Assembly (NCBI GenBank): GCA_051362555.1 | Contig: CM120640.1 | Span: 6,758,001-6,822,000, forward strand | Reading direction: 5' to 3' | Origin: Lingula anatina | Taxonomy: Eukaryota > Animalia > Brachiopoda | DNA length: 64,000 nt | Shown: positions 29,838-42,610 of the stretch, one piece after another | Numbering within the stretch: the stretch's first letter is position 1 | Layout: each line of letters opens with the position of its first letter | The notes under the pieces: generated by a model | What the model saw: the letters and a program-made list of their open reading frames with translations, nothing else | Told to the model about the DNA's origin: nothing | Databases searched by the model: none | Made by a program: the position numbers and the translations under genes

Positions 29838-31619
29838 ACCAACACCAAGTCCAAATTGCAATTTTATTGTCAATACAAGAACAAATATGTGAAGGAAAGA
29901 TACTTAGATACAATTAAAGATAGAGATAAATACACCACTTTAACTCGATTCCGCATAAGTGCACACAACCTATAGGTATGGAAACAGGTAGACATGAAAG
30001 AATTTCTCAAGCAGAGAGAATTTGCAAAAAGTGTGATTCTGGGAAAATAGAAGATGAAATCCATTTCCTAGTGTCTTGCCCTCTTTATACAGATCTCCGA
30101 TATGATCTTTATTCACTGTACAAAAGACAATATAGTAACTTTGAGCATCTTACCAGAATGGATAAATTTATAACACTAATGACTGGTTAGAAGAATGAAC
30201 ATATATGGCCACTTAGGCTCTGCCAAATATGTTTTGCTTTTTTTCTTACAAGTAGTCATACTATATCACTATGTAAAATAATTGCTATTTATTTATAATT
30301 GCATTCCTATAGTACATTTTCATCTACCATGATGTAGATGCATACGATGCAATGAATAAAGCAAAGCATATATATGAAAACAAGCCGGCAATACCGAAAT
30401 CTAGAGCTTAAGGTGGCCTAATCCCAATCCAGTCAGCTTCATGCTATGTCAGCAAATTGAGCTGGGTACAATGGATCGTCATCAGCAATAAGTGCTAAGG
30501 TAACCACTTACAACAGATAATAAATCGCCCTGGGTAGGGTGAATCTATCTATTAAAAGTAGACTCTTACCTGTCGCAAAACAAACTCAACATAAAAGAGA
30601 ACATCCTGAGATTTCAAGCCTCTAAGCTACTACTATTCTTCACAAAACCATTGATTACCTTATAACAGAATTGATTTCGTTTAACAAATCGTTCAATGCA
30701 ATCATTAAGCAGCAATCAAACACGGTCCATTTCAAGGAGAGGAGACAAGATTTCACTTAATTTTCACCAACTAAACAATCATTAATTAATTGATAATGCT
30801 GTTATTGTGAAATCTAATTCTGTCTTAGCAAAGTTAAGTAAACTGACAGAGCCCATGAAATAATCTATAACGAAATTTTGATATCTTATTCAGTACAAAC
30901 AGAATGGAAGAAAATCACGGTAAAATTGTCTTTAAAAAAAAAAAAAGCTATTATTTCCTTTTTATTGATTTTAAAATTTGTCTTTCTTGTTGTAGATGTT
31001 ATTCATAATAATATTGTCAACTGTGCTGAAGTGCATGCTTAAGGCACTTTATTTTTAAGAGAGAATTTTTTAAAAGTATTTTATCTGCCACTAAAACCAT
31101 AGTAGCTCCAATGTCCTGTAGCTGCTAACAAATAATCAAATAAAAACTCCAGAATACACAGTGATTTCACCTAATTTAAATGCATTTGTCAACATATTGT
31201 ATGTGAAAATAAAAAAAGGAAAGCGTGTGCTAATCAGCAGTGTAATACATAACAATTAAGTAATATTTCCACTTGTTACTGTAGATTACGTATGTTATGT
31301 CTTTCAAATTCAATTGTGTGCCGGGGATCATCAAGGCCTCTACTTTTCAAACAGCTGATAATTTACTTATTGGTTTAGATGTTGAGAAACATGCCCACAA
31401 TGAGAGCAGAGACAATGCTATACTGTGTAAATAAAAGATTGTAGAATGCAAAACGAATTCTTCTATGTCAGAGTGTAGGGATTCTTGTGCGTGTGTGAAC
31501 ATGCACATTTCTTGTTTGTTATCACGTGTATGTCTTATAATAACATTTGGTATAGCTTTCCTGGAAAGATATGGTTGGTCCTGAAAAGGACCGTTTGTGT
31601 AAATCACCGACTTGCTGAT

Positions 31620-31988
31620 TTACTTGGAGCTGGTGTACTTGGTGACGGCCTTTGTGCCCTCACTGACAGCGTGCTTAGCAAGCTCACCGGGCAGCAAGAG
31701 ACGGACAGCAGTCTGAACCTCTCGGCTGGTGATGGTGGAACGCTTGTTGTAGTGGGCAAGGCGGGAAGCTTCACCGGCAATACGCTCAAAGATGTCATTG
31801 ACAAAGCTGTTCATGATGCTCATGGCTTTGCTGGAGATACCGGTGTCAGGGTGCACCTGTTTCATCACTTTGTAGATGTAGATGCTGTAGCTTTCCTTTC
31901 TCTTCCTCCTTCTCTTCTTGTCACCACTACGTGCGGCCTTAGCCTTACCGGCTTTCTTGGCGCCCTTGGAGCTCACTTTGGGAGGCAT
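31620..31988 (-). CDS. H2B: Histone H2B (separated from its promoter by LINE A1)
   Basis: Intact ORF; insertion begins 45 bp upstream of the ATG. Confidence 0.97.
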   Translation of the reverse strand: MPPKVSSKGAKKAGKAKAARSGDKKRRRKRKESYSIYIYKVMKQVHPDTGISSKAMSIMNSFVNDIFERIAGEASRLAHYNKRSTITSREVQTAVRLLLPGELAKHAVSEGTKAVTKYTSSK

Positions 31989-32182
31989 GGTACTTGTATT
32001 CTACCGTACAAATTGAACGTTGAATACTGGCATATGATGTATAGGTATGTGTCGGCGAAGCCGACACGGGAAAGTTACGAAGTCTCGTGCATTAAAATAC
32101 AAGAGCTTCTTTCAATCCCCAAAACGTGTTTATTGTCTTCTACCTCTATTGTTTGTCTGTACGTGGTTTTGGCCTCGCTTGG

Positions 32183-32218
<36 letters not shown>

Positions 32219-32528
32219 ACCGTCTCTTTCCAGTTTGCGCGCTGGCCGCCCCTTCCAGCTTGTTAATTTTTTCCAGATGTTTGTTAATATAAATATTTTT
32301 ATATGTAATATACATATATTATATACCTTTTTTCCTCCGCCTTTATAGTATTATTGTGTTTTCTCATTCCATTTCCTTGTCTCTGGTCATCGGGAGCCCA
32401 GATGTGTTTATCCTTATTTTGTGGACTGAGGTTGCCCTTTTCAGGGTTGTATTTTTCCTTTCTTCCTCCGGTCATCGGGAGACCGGGGTCGCTACCGTTA
32501 GACCGTTTCATATGCACAATTTGTACCA

Positions 32529-35255
32529 TTATTTATATAAGTCAAGGGTAGTATTTTTGCCTGGTTTGCTTAATATTATGTTTTTTAGCTTAAGTTCTTT
32601 GAATAGATGGCTATTTTCGAACCTGCTAATTGTTTTTGTGCCCAGAAAAAATAGTCTGCTTGATATATATTCAATGTTGGCCAGCTTGTGCAGCGTTACG
32701 ATCGAAGTTTTTGTTGGTAATTTGAGCGCTATTCGTAGCGCTCTATTCTGGATTTTTTGCAGATCTTTGAGCCTTGTCTTGTTGATGCCAGCTAGTATAA
32801 CTGCCCCGTACTCAAGTACGGGCCGAATGAAGGATTTATATAGTTTGAGGAGGCAGGCACTCGATGCCCCCCAGTTTGTTCCTCGGAGTCTTATGAGAAG
32901 GCCAGTTCTTTTCCTAGCTCTTTTCACTGTGTTGTCTACGTGTTTTTTGAAACCTAGTTTTCTGTCGAATGTGATTCCCAGCAGTGTGACTTCCTCACAT
33001 GTTTCTAATCGGTCGCCAAATAATGTGAGGTTAAGCTTGGGTTGTTCATTTGATTTTGAAAAGATGATTAATTGTGTTTTCTTGGTGTTTAGTTTTATCC
33101 GCCATAGAGAGCACCATAATTCGAGATCCTTTATCACGCCCGTCAGTCTGATTTCTATGCTTTTTACATTTTTGCATGATGTCCACATGCCTAAATCGTC
33201 TGCAAATTGAGAGACCTCGGTGTTGTATCTTGGGTTTATTGGTAGGTCGTTCACATATATTAGAAATAGCAACGGGCTGATTACAGACCCCTGAGGCGTG
33301 CCAGCATTGAGACTAACATATTCGGATTCCTCGCCTTTGATTCTGACCTTGATCTTTCTGTCTTTCAAAAAAGATGACAGCAAGCGGACAATCTTAACTG
33401 GCAGGTTACTATTTGCTAGTTTGTACCTTAACCCAGCGTGCCAAACTGAGTCAAAAGCCTTCTCCACGTCCAGCATCATAGCGCCCGTAACCCAGCCTTT
33501 GTTTATTGCCAGTTGTGCACTTTCAGCTAGTCTTAACACATGTTCCATTCCTTCTTTCTTGCTCATGTACGCTCTTTGCCATTTATTGAAAAATTGGTCA
33601 TTTTCTAGTTTTTCTTTTATTCTAGTGGCGATTATTCTCTCGAATAGTTTGCCTAGGCAGCTTAGCAGGCTGATCGGTCTATAATTCGTTGTTACTTTGT
33701 GATCTTTCTCAGGTTTGGGTATCATTATACCAGTCGCTTTTTTCCATATTGTGGGGAAATATCCCAACTGCAGACAGTTGTTATAAATGTCGCATAGTTT
33801 GTTTTTCAGACATACAGGCGCTTTTTTAATTATCCCGTTTGTTATTGTGTCGTCACCTGGTGACGTGTTTTTTGTATTTTTCAGATTTCCGTTAAGTTCA
33901 TCTATTGTGATTTTATCTAGAATTTTGTGATCGTCCCCTTCTTCTAATGTCGGGTTAGATAAGGGATCGAATTTGTGTTTGTCTTTACCGACGTAGTTTT
34001 CCACCACCGCTTTAAAACCGTCGTCGAATATGACCCCCTCGTGGGTGTTATGTATCTTGCCAAGGGTATTTGCAAATGCATTTGCTTTCTCCGCATCGTT
34101 TGTTGTAAGTTGCCCATTTTCTTTGAGTACAGGCTTTTCAGATGTTTCTTTAGCTTTGCCAGTGCTAGTTAGCCTTTTAAACATGTCCCAGAAGGTCTTG
34201 TCCATTTTTCTTTCATTTAGCATAGAGGTAGCGGTTTCCCAAGCTTTTTGTTTTTCTTTTTTGATGGCTTCTTTGACCCGTTTTGTCATATAGTTGTACA
34301 TGATTTTATAGAAAGGGCCTTCTTTCTTTTGAGCCAGGCGTCTTAGTTTTCTTTTCAGTTTTATAAGCTTAAGGGTGTCCTCGCTTACTCTCCATACATT
34401 TTCTCGTACCTTTGTTTTTGGGCATGCGGTTTCAAGTGCATTTACTAGTGTCTCGGTCACATTCTCACAAGCTTCGTCTATTCCAGTGGTGGTAGGTGTG
34501 ACTGCGTCGCCATTTAGATTTTCAGAAATTAGATGGTCAAACAGTGGTTGGTTTATTTTTCTTGTATTCCGCCGTAAGACAGTTGGTGCTCTTGCTATTC
34601 GGTTATTCTGAATGATTTTTACGTGTAGGGGTAGATGGTCGCTACCGACGTCTTCACCTACATAACAGTCCGCTATTTTCGAGTAAAGTTGAGTCGTGAC
34701 AAAAGCCATGTCCAGCGTATCAGTATTGCCATTAGTGGCCATGTGCGTAGTTTCGCCATTATCATTAAGATTTATCAGATCTAGTTCCTCAGTTATGTCA
34801 AAGAGAACGTTTCCGTTATTGTTCGTTTTCTTGCAACCAAAGAAAGCGTGCTTACTGTTAAAATCGCCTATAAATAGACAATTTTGATATTGATCAGTAA
34901 AGTGCTTAAATACTGCTTTGTCAGGGGTTGTATGAGGTGGGTTATACAGTGAAACTATAGCCGTTTTTATTTGATTTATCGTAGTTTCTATCCCCAGTAT
35001 TTCAGCATTAAGGTTGCTGGTATTGATAGCTTGGAACTTTACATCTTTCTTAACGAGTATAGCCACTCCGCCTCCATGCGCATCTCTGTCCCTGCGCAAC
35101 ACCTGATAGCCGCTCACAGATATTTTTGTCTTCTCACTCAACTTTGTCTCGTTTATGCATACGATGTCAGGTTTATGCTCTACCAGATATTCAACTAAGA
35201 GTTGTTTCTTGGTTTTAAGACTGTTTATGTTGATATGCATCAGGTGTGCCGCCAT
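32529..35255 (-). CDS. LINE ORF2: AP-like endonuclease plus reverse transcriptase (908 aa, intact)
   Basis: APE motifs INETK, GDFN, SDH; RT motifs YRPISLL, LDVEKAFDSVWH, GTPQGSVISP, FADD; no obvious RNase H. Confidence 0.96.
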   Translation of the reverse strand: MAAHLMHININSLKTKKQLLVEYLVEHKPDIVCINETKLSEKTKISVSGYQVLRRDRDAHGGGVAILVKKDVKFQAINTSNLNAEILGIETTINQIKTAIVSLYNPPHTTPDKAVFKHFTDQYQNCLFIGDFNSKHAFFGCKKTNNNGNVLFDITEELDLINLNDNGETTHMATNGNTDTLDMAFVTTQLYSKIADCYVGEDVGSDHLPLHVKIIQNNRIARAPTVLRRNTRKINQPLFDHLISENLNGDAVTPTTTGIDEACENVTETLVNALETACPKTKVRENVWRVSEDTLKLIKLKRKLRRLAQKKEGPFYKIMYNYMTKRVKEAIKKEKQKAWETATSMLNERKMDKTFWDMFKRLTSTGKAKETSEKPVLKENGQLTTNDAEKANAFANTLGKIHNTHEGVIFDDGFKAVVENYVGKDKHKFDPLSNPTLEEGDDHKILDKITIDELNGNLKNTKNTSPGDDTITNGIIKKAPVCLKNKLCDIYNNCLQLGYFPTIWKKATGIMIPKPEKDHKVTTNYRPISLLSCLGKLFERIIATRIKEKLENDQFFNKWQRAYMSKKEGMEHVLRLAESAQLAINKGWVTGAMMLDVEKAFDSVWHAGLRYKLANSNLPVKIVRLLSSFLKDRKIKVRIKGEESEYVSLNAGTPQGSVISPLLFLIYVNDLPINPRYNTEVSQFADDLGMWTSCKNVKSIEIRLTGVIKDLELWCSLWRIKLNTKKTQLIIFSKSNEQPKLNLTLFGDRLETCEEVTLLGITFDRKLGFKKHVDNTVKRARKRTGLLIRLRGTNWGASSACLLKLYKSFIRPVLEYGAVILAGINKTRLKDLQKIQNRALRIALKLPTKTSIVTLHKLANIEYISSRLFFLGTKTISRFENSHLFKELKLKNIILSKPGKNTTLDLYK

Positions 35256-35299
35256 CTTTGGGTAGGGGTTTGATGCGTGTTAGTGTGTTTGAGTCTGTT

Positions 35300-35725
35300 T
35301 TACTTAAAGGCAACGTGGTGGATAGTTTCACCATCTATGCTGACCTTGTAAGTAGTTGCTACAGCCTCTGCTATGTCTTTACATATGTCGCTTTCGTTTG
35401 CCTGTATTTTTAGTCTTTTTGAAGTCACTTTGATCAGTAATTTGGCTAGGCATATGGCCAGTTTGATAGATTCAGCAACATTCCCTTTCTTGGCATTGTC
35501 TATTGATATGCGTTTTTGTTCGGTGTTCATTTCTTTTTTATACACCTTGCATCCTTTGAAAGATGCCGGGTGTTCTTCTTTACAATTGGCACATTTGCGG
35601 GTGCTTTCTTTGCACTCCTTATGACTGTGCGCCCCGCCACAGTTTTTGCAAGTCTCGGCTGACTTGCAGTGTTCGGCTACGTGCCCGAACTGTTGACACT
35701 TGTAGCACTGTTGTACTGGTGCTGT
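35300..35725 (-). CDS. LINE ORF1 (gag-like) C-terminal part, three zinc knuckles, 5'-truncated
   Basis: QQCYKCQQFGHVAEHC..CKNCGGAHSHKEC..CANCKEEHPASFKGC, read by hand. Confidence 0.88.
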   Translation of the reverse strand, partial: TAPVQQCYKCQQFGHVAEHCKSAETCKNCGGAHSHKECKESTRKCANCKEEHPASFKGCKVYKKEMNTEQKRISIDNAKKGNVAESIKLAICLAKLLIKVTSKRLKIQANESDICKDIAEAVATTYKVSIDGETIHHVAFK

Positions 35726-36366
35726 GTTGAATACTGGCAGAAGAGAGCGTTTTGTATTTATACAACGCGTTATGCAAATAAGGGGATCCAGCGCTACACG
35801 TTGTGAAATTCACAATCGGATTGGGTGAAGTTCCCAGCGCGCAACAAATGCAGCGTCGAAGCCGAGGCAATTGAAAGTAGCATATGTCTTATAGGTATAG
35901 CTTTCCTGGAAAGATATGGTTGGTCCTGAAAAGGACCGTTTGTGTAAATCACCGACTTGCTGATTTACTTGGAGCTGGTGTACTTGGTGTGCTTAGATAG
36001 AATATTTTATGAGTAATTTTACTAGTACTTATCTTCATTATATAAAGATGGTAATGCACTAACTGTATTGTATCATCATTTGTATTTCATATTGTACAAG
36101 GTCATGACAATCTATGTACCAGTGCAGAAATAAATTGAATTGAAATAAATTGAAATTAAATTGACTTCATGAAAGCACTTAGTCTACAGTCCAAAGTGGT
36201 CTCATCATAAACGAAAACAACGTGCGTATGCTGTTATTTTCAACTTCTTGACAGCAGTTTATTTATCAAAACAAGACGTTATCTTCAATGAGGTGTCAAA
36301 GCAATGATCTGATTGCAATCAAGAAGCTGACAGCAATTAAGGTGTCCTAAGATTTCAATCAAGTCT

Positions 36367-39300
36367 AAGTCAGTGCTTCAAGTGCCAAAAATTTGGCCAC
36401 CTTGCTAAACAGTGCGAATCGCCTGAAGCCTGCAAAAACTGTGGTGGTGAGCACAACTATAAAGATTGCGTATCTGACAGCAAAAAATGTGTCAACTGTC
36501 AAGGAGCCCACCACTCATCATATAAAGGCTGCAAAGTCTTCCAAAAGGAAGCAATCGTTGAGCAAAAGAAACAATCAATAGAAGCAATAAAAAGTGCAAA
36601 CCCAAAAAGTATCAATGATGCCATCAAACTAGCCATCTGTCTGGCTAAAGCCCTCATAAAAATCACATCTAAAAGGCTGAAAATCCAAATCAATGAAAGC
36701 GACATATGCAAAGACATTGCTGAAGCAGTCACTACAACTTATAAAGAAAGAATTGACGGCGAAATCATTCATAATGTAGCATTCAGATAAGAAGCTACAA
36801 CCCACCTGTAAGAGTCTACTACGTAACAAAAATGACTCACATAATACATATTAATATAAATGGCCTCAGAGCACACAAACAGCTCCTCGTAGAATATCTA
36901 TCAGAACACAAACCAGACGTGGTTCTCTTAAATGAGACCAAACTTAGTGAGAAATCAAAAATATCCTTCAAAGGGTATGATATGACCAGAAAAGATAGAA
37001 ACTCACGAGGAGGAGGCGTGGCCATTTTAGTAAAAAAAGGCCTACCTTGCCAAGACATAAACACAGACAATCTGACAGCCGAAGTGCTGAGTATTGAGAT
37101 CAGTATACAGAAATGTAAAACTGCTATTGTCGCAATATACAACCCTCCAAATACTAATCCGAGCAAAGAAGTATTCAGTTTCTTCACAAAACAATATACC
37201 CACTGTCTGTTCATGGGAGATCTTAACAGCAAGCACAGATACTTCGGGTGCAAAAAATTTAATGAGAATGGGCACATATTGTTTGACATAAGTGAAGATC
37301 TTGAGCTAACAATTCTCAATGACATGAACGAAACAACGCACATGTCCCCACTTGGTAGCACTGACATACTTGACATGGCTTTCGCAACGCAGTCCACTTT
37401 ATCCAAGATCTCTGAATGCTACGTCGGCGAAGACGTAGGAAGTGATCATCTTCCTTTGCATGTGAAACTAACAAGCAACATAAACGTCGCTACAGAGACA
37501 GAGATACTGAAAAGATGCATCAGAAAACTTAACACGGTCGCCTTCGATAATGCAATAAATTGCAACCTGAATGTCGCACCAATATCCACAAACATACACA
37601 ACATAGATCAGGCGTGCGACAACGTTACAGACACATTAAGCAAAGCTCTAGACTTAGCATGTCCAAAAACACGGGTGCGTGAAAATGTTTGGAGGGTTAG
37701 CAACGAAACCCTCAAGCTAATCAAGCTAAAAAGAAAACTCAGAAGACTTAGCCAAAAGAAAGAGGGTAGTTTCTACAAAGTTATGTACAATTACATGACT
37801 AAGCGAGTAAAATCAGCCATCATCCAGGAAAAACAAGCATCCTGGGAAAACGCAACATCCAGTTTAAACAGCCAAAAAATGGACAAAAACTTTTGGCAAA
37901 CATTCAAATCACTCACAGGCACAGGAAGAACAAAAAGCGGTCGAGAAAAACAGGTGCTAAAAGAAGACGGCAGTCTGACCACTAACAATGATGAAAAGGC
38001 CAAAGCCTTCGCCACAACCCTTGGAAAAATCCACAACACACACGAAGGAAACATCTTCGATGATAATTTCAAAAAATGTGTGGAGAACTATGTGAATAAA
38101 AACAGCACACTGTTCAACCCCCTTCCCCATCCTACCATCGAAAGTAGAGACAAGCACGAGTCAGTGTCACCAATCTCCGTTGAAGAAATAGAGACGAACC
38201 TAAAGCAAACTAAGAACACCGCTCCAGGGGAAGATGAAATAACAAACGCCATCATCAAGATGACACCGCACACTCTGAAAATGAGACTGTGCAATATCTT
38301 TAACGCCTGCTTGACGATTGGATATTTTCCAACGAAATGGAAGCAAGCTACAGGCATCATGCTTCCAAAGCCAGGAAAAAACCTCAAAATAACCACTAAC
38401 TACAGGCCAATCAGTCTTCTAAGCTGTCTTGGAAAACTACTTGAAAGAATATTAGCCACCAGACTTAAAAATACGCTTAAAGCTTCCAATGCCTTTAACA
38501 AATGGCAAAGAGCGTACCTTGAGAAAAAAGAAGGAATAGAACATGTCCTTAGACTGGTAGAGACAGCAAAACTAGCAATACAGAAAAAGTGGGCCACAGG
38601 AACCATCCTGCTGGACGTAGAAAAAGCTTTCGACAGTGTGTGGCACGATGGACTGAGATACAAATTGGCTCATCACAATCTCCCTTGCAAATTAACAAGA
38701 ATACTATCGTCCTTCCTAAATGAAAGAAAGATAAAAGTGAAGGTAGAAACAAGTATCTCAGATCCTGTCCGACTAAACGCAGGAACACCACAGGGATCAG
38801 TACTCAGCCCCCTCCTATTCATACTGTATGTCAATGACCTCCCCATCCACCCAACCAACAAAGTAGAGGCATCACAGTTTGCAGACGACCTTGGACTATG
38901 GACTAGTGCCAAGAGCTCGAAAGCCCTCGAGATAAGACTGAACTCTGCATTAAGAGACTTAGAGCTGTGGTGCTCTCTATGGCGCATCAAGCTGAACGCA
39001 CAGAAAACTCAACTAGTGGTGTTTCACAACAGAAAAATTGAAATACAACCTGAAATCCACCTTTTTGGGGAGAAGGTCAAGCAAGTAAAAGAAGCCACTC
39101 TACTAGGCATAACCCTCGACCAGAAACTGACTCTGAAAAAACACGTGGAAAACCTGACAACTAGAGCAAGACAAAGAACCAACCTCTTAGCAAGACTGAG
39201 AGGCACCAACTGGGAACATCAAGCTCCACCCTGCTCAGAGTGTACAATACTTTCATACGCCCAATACTCGAATACGGAGCTGTTATTCTCGCAACCACCA

Positions 39301-39802
39301 GCAAGTCAAGACTAAAGGAAATGCAAAAAGTACAGAACAAAGCACTCCGAATAGCTTTGAAAATGCCCCAGCACACCAAAATTGAGTATCTACATGAAAA
39401 AGCGAGAATGGAAATGATATCAACCCGACTTCACCATCTGGGTAAAGAAACACTAAAACGACTCGCCAACAGCTGCCTAATGGAAGAGCTGCTAACACAA
39501 AGACAACTGTTGCAAAAAAGTGCCAGCAAAACACTACTAGGACATTACCAACAGCCCTAAATTACATATAAGGGTCTTCACAAAAACCCTCGAATATAGG
39601 CACCAAAAATGCCTACATATGGAGAAGAAGTAAAACAAAACAGCTATCTTACAATCCTTATTCATTTATTTATTTATCTATTTATTTATTTATTTCCTCA
39701 CCAGCGTCCCAAAGGCAAGTAAGAGGGTTGAAAGAAGCCGTGGTCACAAGACCTCTGACTTCGTAACTTCCCTGTCGGCTACGCCGACGAACTTATATTC
39801 AA
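36367..39802 (+). mobile_element. Non-LTR retrotransposon B1; 3' end joined to the presumed H4 start site, 5' end joined to the H2B-H2A spacer
   Basis: ORF1 knuckles to 36790; ORF2 from 36832; 3' junction ...tatattcaa|ggcgattaagc (H4 5' region); H2A, H3 and the H4 promoter are missing upstream. Confidence 0.95.
36832..39560 (+). pseudogene. LINE ORF2 APE-RT with one frameshift near 39215
   Basis: 827-aa ORF continues in another frame (39240-39560, FIRPILEYGAV...QNKALR), homologous to the A1 C-terminus. Confidence 0.9.
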
Positions 39803-39811
39803 GGCGATTAA

Positions 39812-40159
<348 letters not shown>

Positions 40160-40778
40160 GCAAACTTCTCATTGAGACAAACAAACGGTCCTTTTCAGGA
40201 CCAACAAATATCAATGAAAAGCTATGCCAATAAGGTCGAATTATTAGACGTCTGCTGGCCACTATATGAGCATCCCCGAATAAAAACAAAACCTATTATA
40301 TTGGAACCTAGCTTGTGCGTCTGTTTAACTCATTATTTTACATACGCCTTTTAATCGTTTCAAAATAAATTCAAAGTTTTAGGCGAACAAGTCCCCCGTG
40401 TAATAGCAACAATGTACACAGATGCCTAATCTACCCTGAGAGAAAGTACAGTAAAGATAGCTTGCTCACTATACCTTTTCGTGTGTTGGCTTTACAGTGC
40501 GGTATTGCTGATGTGGGCTATATACTGCACAGAAAGCTCTTTTTGGTCTGAAAAGCTGTAAGCCACTTTCTACTAGACTGTCGTCATCAATAAAAGAAAA
40601 AAGTACTATTTCATACTCTCGATACGGCTTTTCAATGATCACTGACAGATCTCCCGTAGAAAAAAATCAACTTACGCTTTTGCAACGAACTTCTAGGTGT
40701 ACATACTAGACCAAAGATGTGATAAAAACTCTATCCAGAAGTTTAGGGAAAGATTCAGGGACAGAATAACACAAGAAT

Positions 40779-40828
<50 letters not shown>

Positions 40829-42610
40829 ACCAACACCAAGTCCAAATTGCAATTTTATTGTCAATACAAGAACAAATATGTGAAGGAAAGATACTTAGAT
40901 ACAATTAAAGATAGAGATAAATACACCACTTTAACTCGATTCCGCATAAGTGCACACAACCTATAGGTATGGAAACAGGTAGACATGAAAGAATTTCTCA
41001 AGCAGAGAGAATTTGCAAAAAGTGTGATTCTGGGAAAATAGAAGATGAAATCCATTTCCTAGTGTCTTGCCCTCTTTATACAGATCTCCGATATGATCTT
41101 TATTCACTGTACAAAAGACAATATAGTAACTTTGAGCATCTTACCAGAATGGATAAATTTATAACACTAATGACTGGTTAGAAGAATGAACATATATGGC
41201 CACTTAGGCTCTGCCAAATATGTTTTGCTTTTTTTCTTACAAGTAGTCATACTATATCACTATGTAAAATAATTGCTATTTATTTATAATTGCATTCCTA
41301 TAGTACATTTTCATCTACCATGATGTAGATGCATACGATGCAATGAATAAAGCAAAGCATATATATGAAAACAAGCCGGCAATACCGAAATCTAGAGCTT
41401 AAGGTGGCCTAATCCCAATCCAGTCAGCTTCATGCTATGTCAGCAAATTGAGCTGGGTACAATGGATCGTCATCAGCAATAAGTGCTAAGGTAACCACTT
41501 ACAACAGATAATAAATCGCCCTGGGTAGGGTGAATCTATCTATTAAAAGTAGACTCTTACCTGTCGCAAAACAAACTCAACATAAAAGAGAACATCCTGA
41601 GATTTCAAGCCTCTAAGCTACTACTATTCTTCACAAAACCATTGATTACCTTATAACAGAATTGATTTCGTTTAACAAATCGTTCAATGCAATCATTAAG
41701 CAGCAATCAAACACGGTCCATTTCAAGGAGAGGAGACAAGATTTCACTTAATTTTCACCAACTAAACAATCATTAATTAATTGATAATGCTGTTATTGTG
41801 AAATCTAATTCTGTCTTAGCAAAGTTAAGTAAACTGACAGAGCCCATGAAATAATCTATAACGAAATTTTGATATCTTATTCAGTACAAACAGAATGGAA
41901 GAAAATCACGGTAAAATTGTCTTTAAAAAAAAAAAAAGCTATTATTTCCTTTTTATTGATTTTAAAATTTGTCTTTCTTGTTGTAGATGTTATTCATAAT
42001 AATATTGTCAACTGTGCTGAAGTGCATGCTTAAGGCACTTTATTTTTAAGAGAGAATTTTTCAAAAGTATTTTATCTGCCACTAAAACCATAGTAGCTCC
42101 AATGTCCTGTAGCTGCTAACAAATAATCAAATAAAAACTCCAGAATACACAGTGATTTCACCTAATTTAAATGCATTTGTCAACATATTGTATGTGAAAA
42201 TAAAAAAAGGAAAGCGTGTGCTAATCAGCAGTGTAATACATAACAATTAAGTAATATTTCCACTTGTTACTGTAGATTACGTATATTATGTCTTTCAAAT
42301 TCAATTGTGTGCCGGGGATCATCAAGGCCTCTACTTTTCAAACAGCTGATAATTTACTTATTGGTTTAGATGTTGAGAAACATGCCCACAATGAGAGCAG
42401 AGACAATGCTATACTGTGTAAATAAAAGATTGTAGAATGCAAAACGAATTCTTCTATGTCAGAGTGTAGGGATTCTTGTGCGTGTGTGAACATGCACATT
42501 TCTTGTTTGTTATCACGTGTATGTCTTATAATAACATTTGGTATAGCTTTCCTGGAAAGATATGGTTGGTCCTGAAAAGGACCGTTTGTGTAAATCACCG
42601 ACTTGCTGAT

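Larger units (their letters stand above)
32033..35725 (-). mobile_element. Non-LTR retrotransposon A1 (Jockey/I-group-like), 5'-truncated in ORF1, at the presumed H2B start site
   Basis: TSD gttgaatactggca (32019-32032 and 35726-35739); ORF1 CCHC knuckles; intact ORF2; hairpin 3' end. Confidence 0.96.

Noticed and set aside
32049-32067. Terminal LINE hairpin as a canonical histone stem-loop
   Set aside because: It does not fit the GGYYYU-UYUH-ARRRCC consensus; any mimicry is unproven.
39723-39775. Resemblance of the LINE 3' motif (UUGAAAGA...CGUAAC) to a hammerhead core (CUGANGA...GAAA)
   Set aside because: Core nucleotides deviate, no stem III or NUH site is evident, and a simple long hairpin explains the covariation better.
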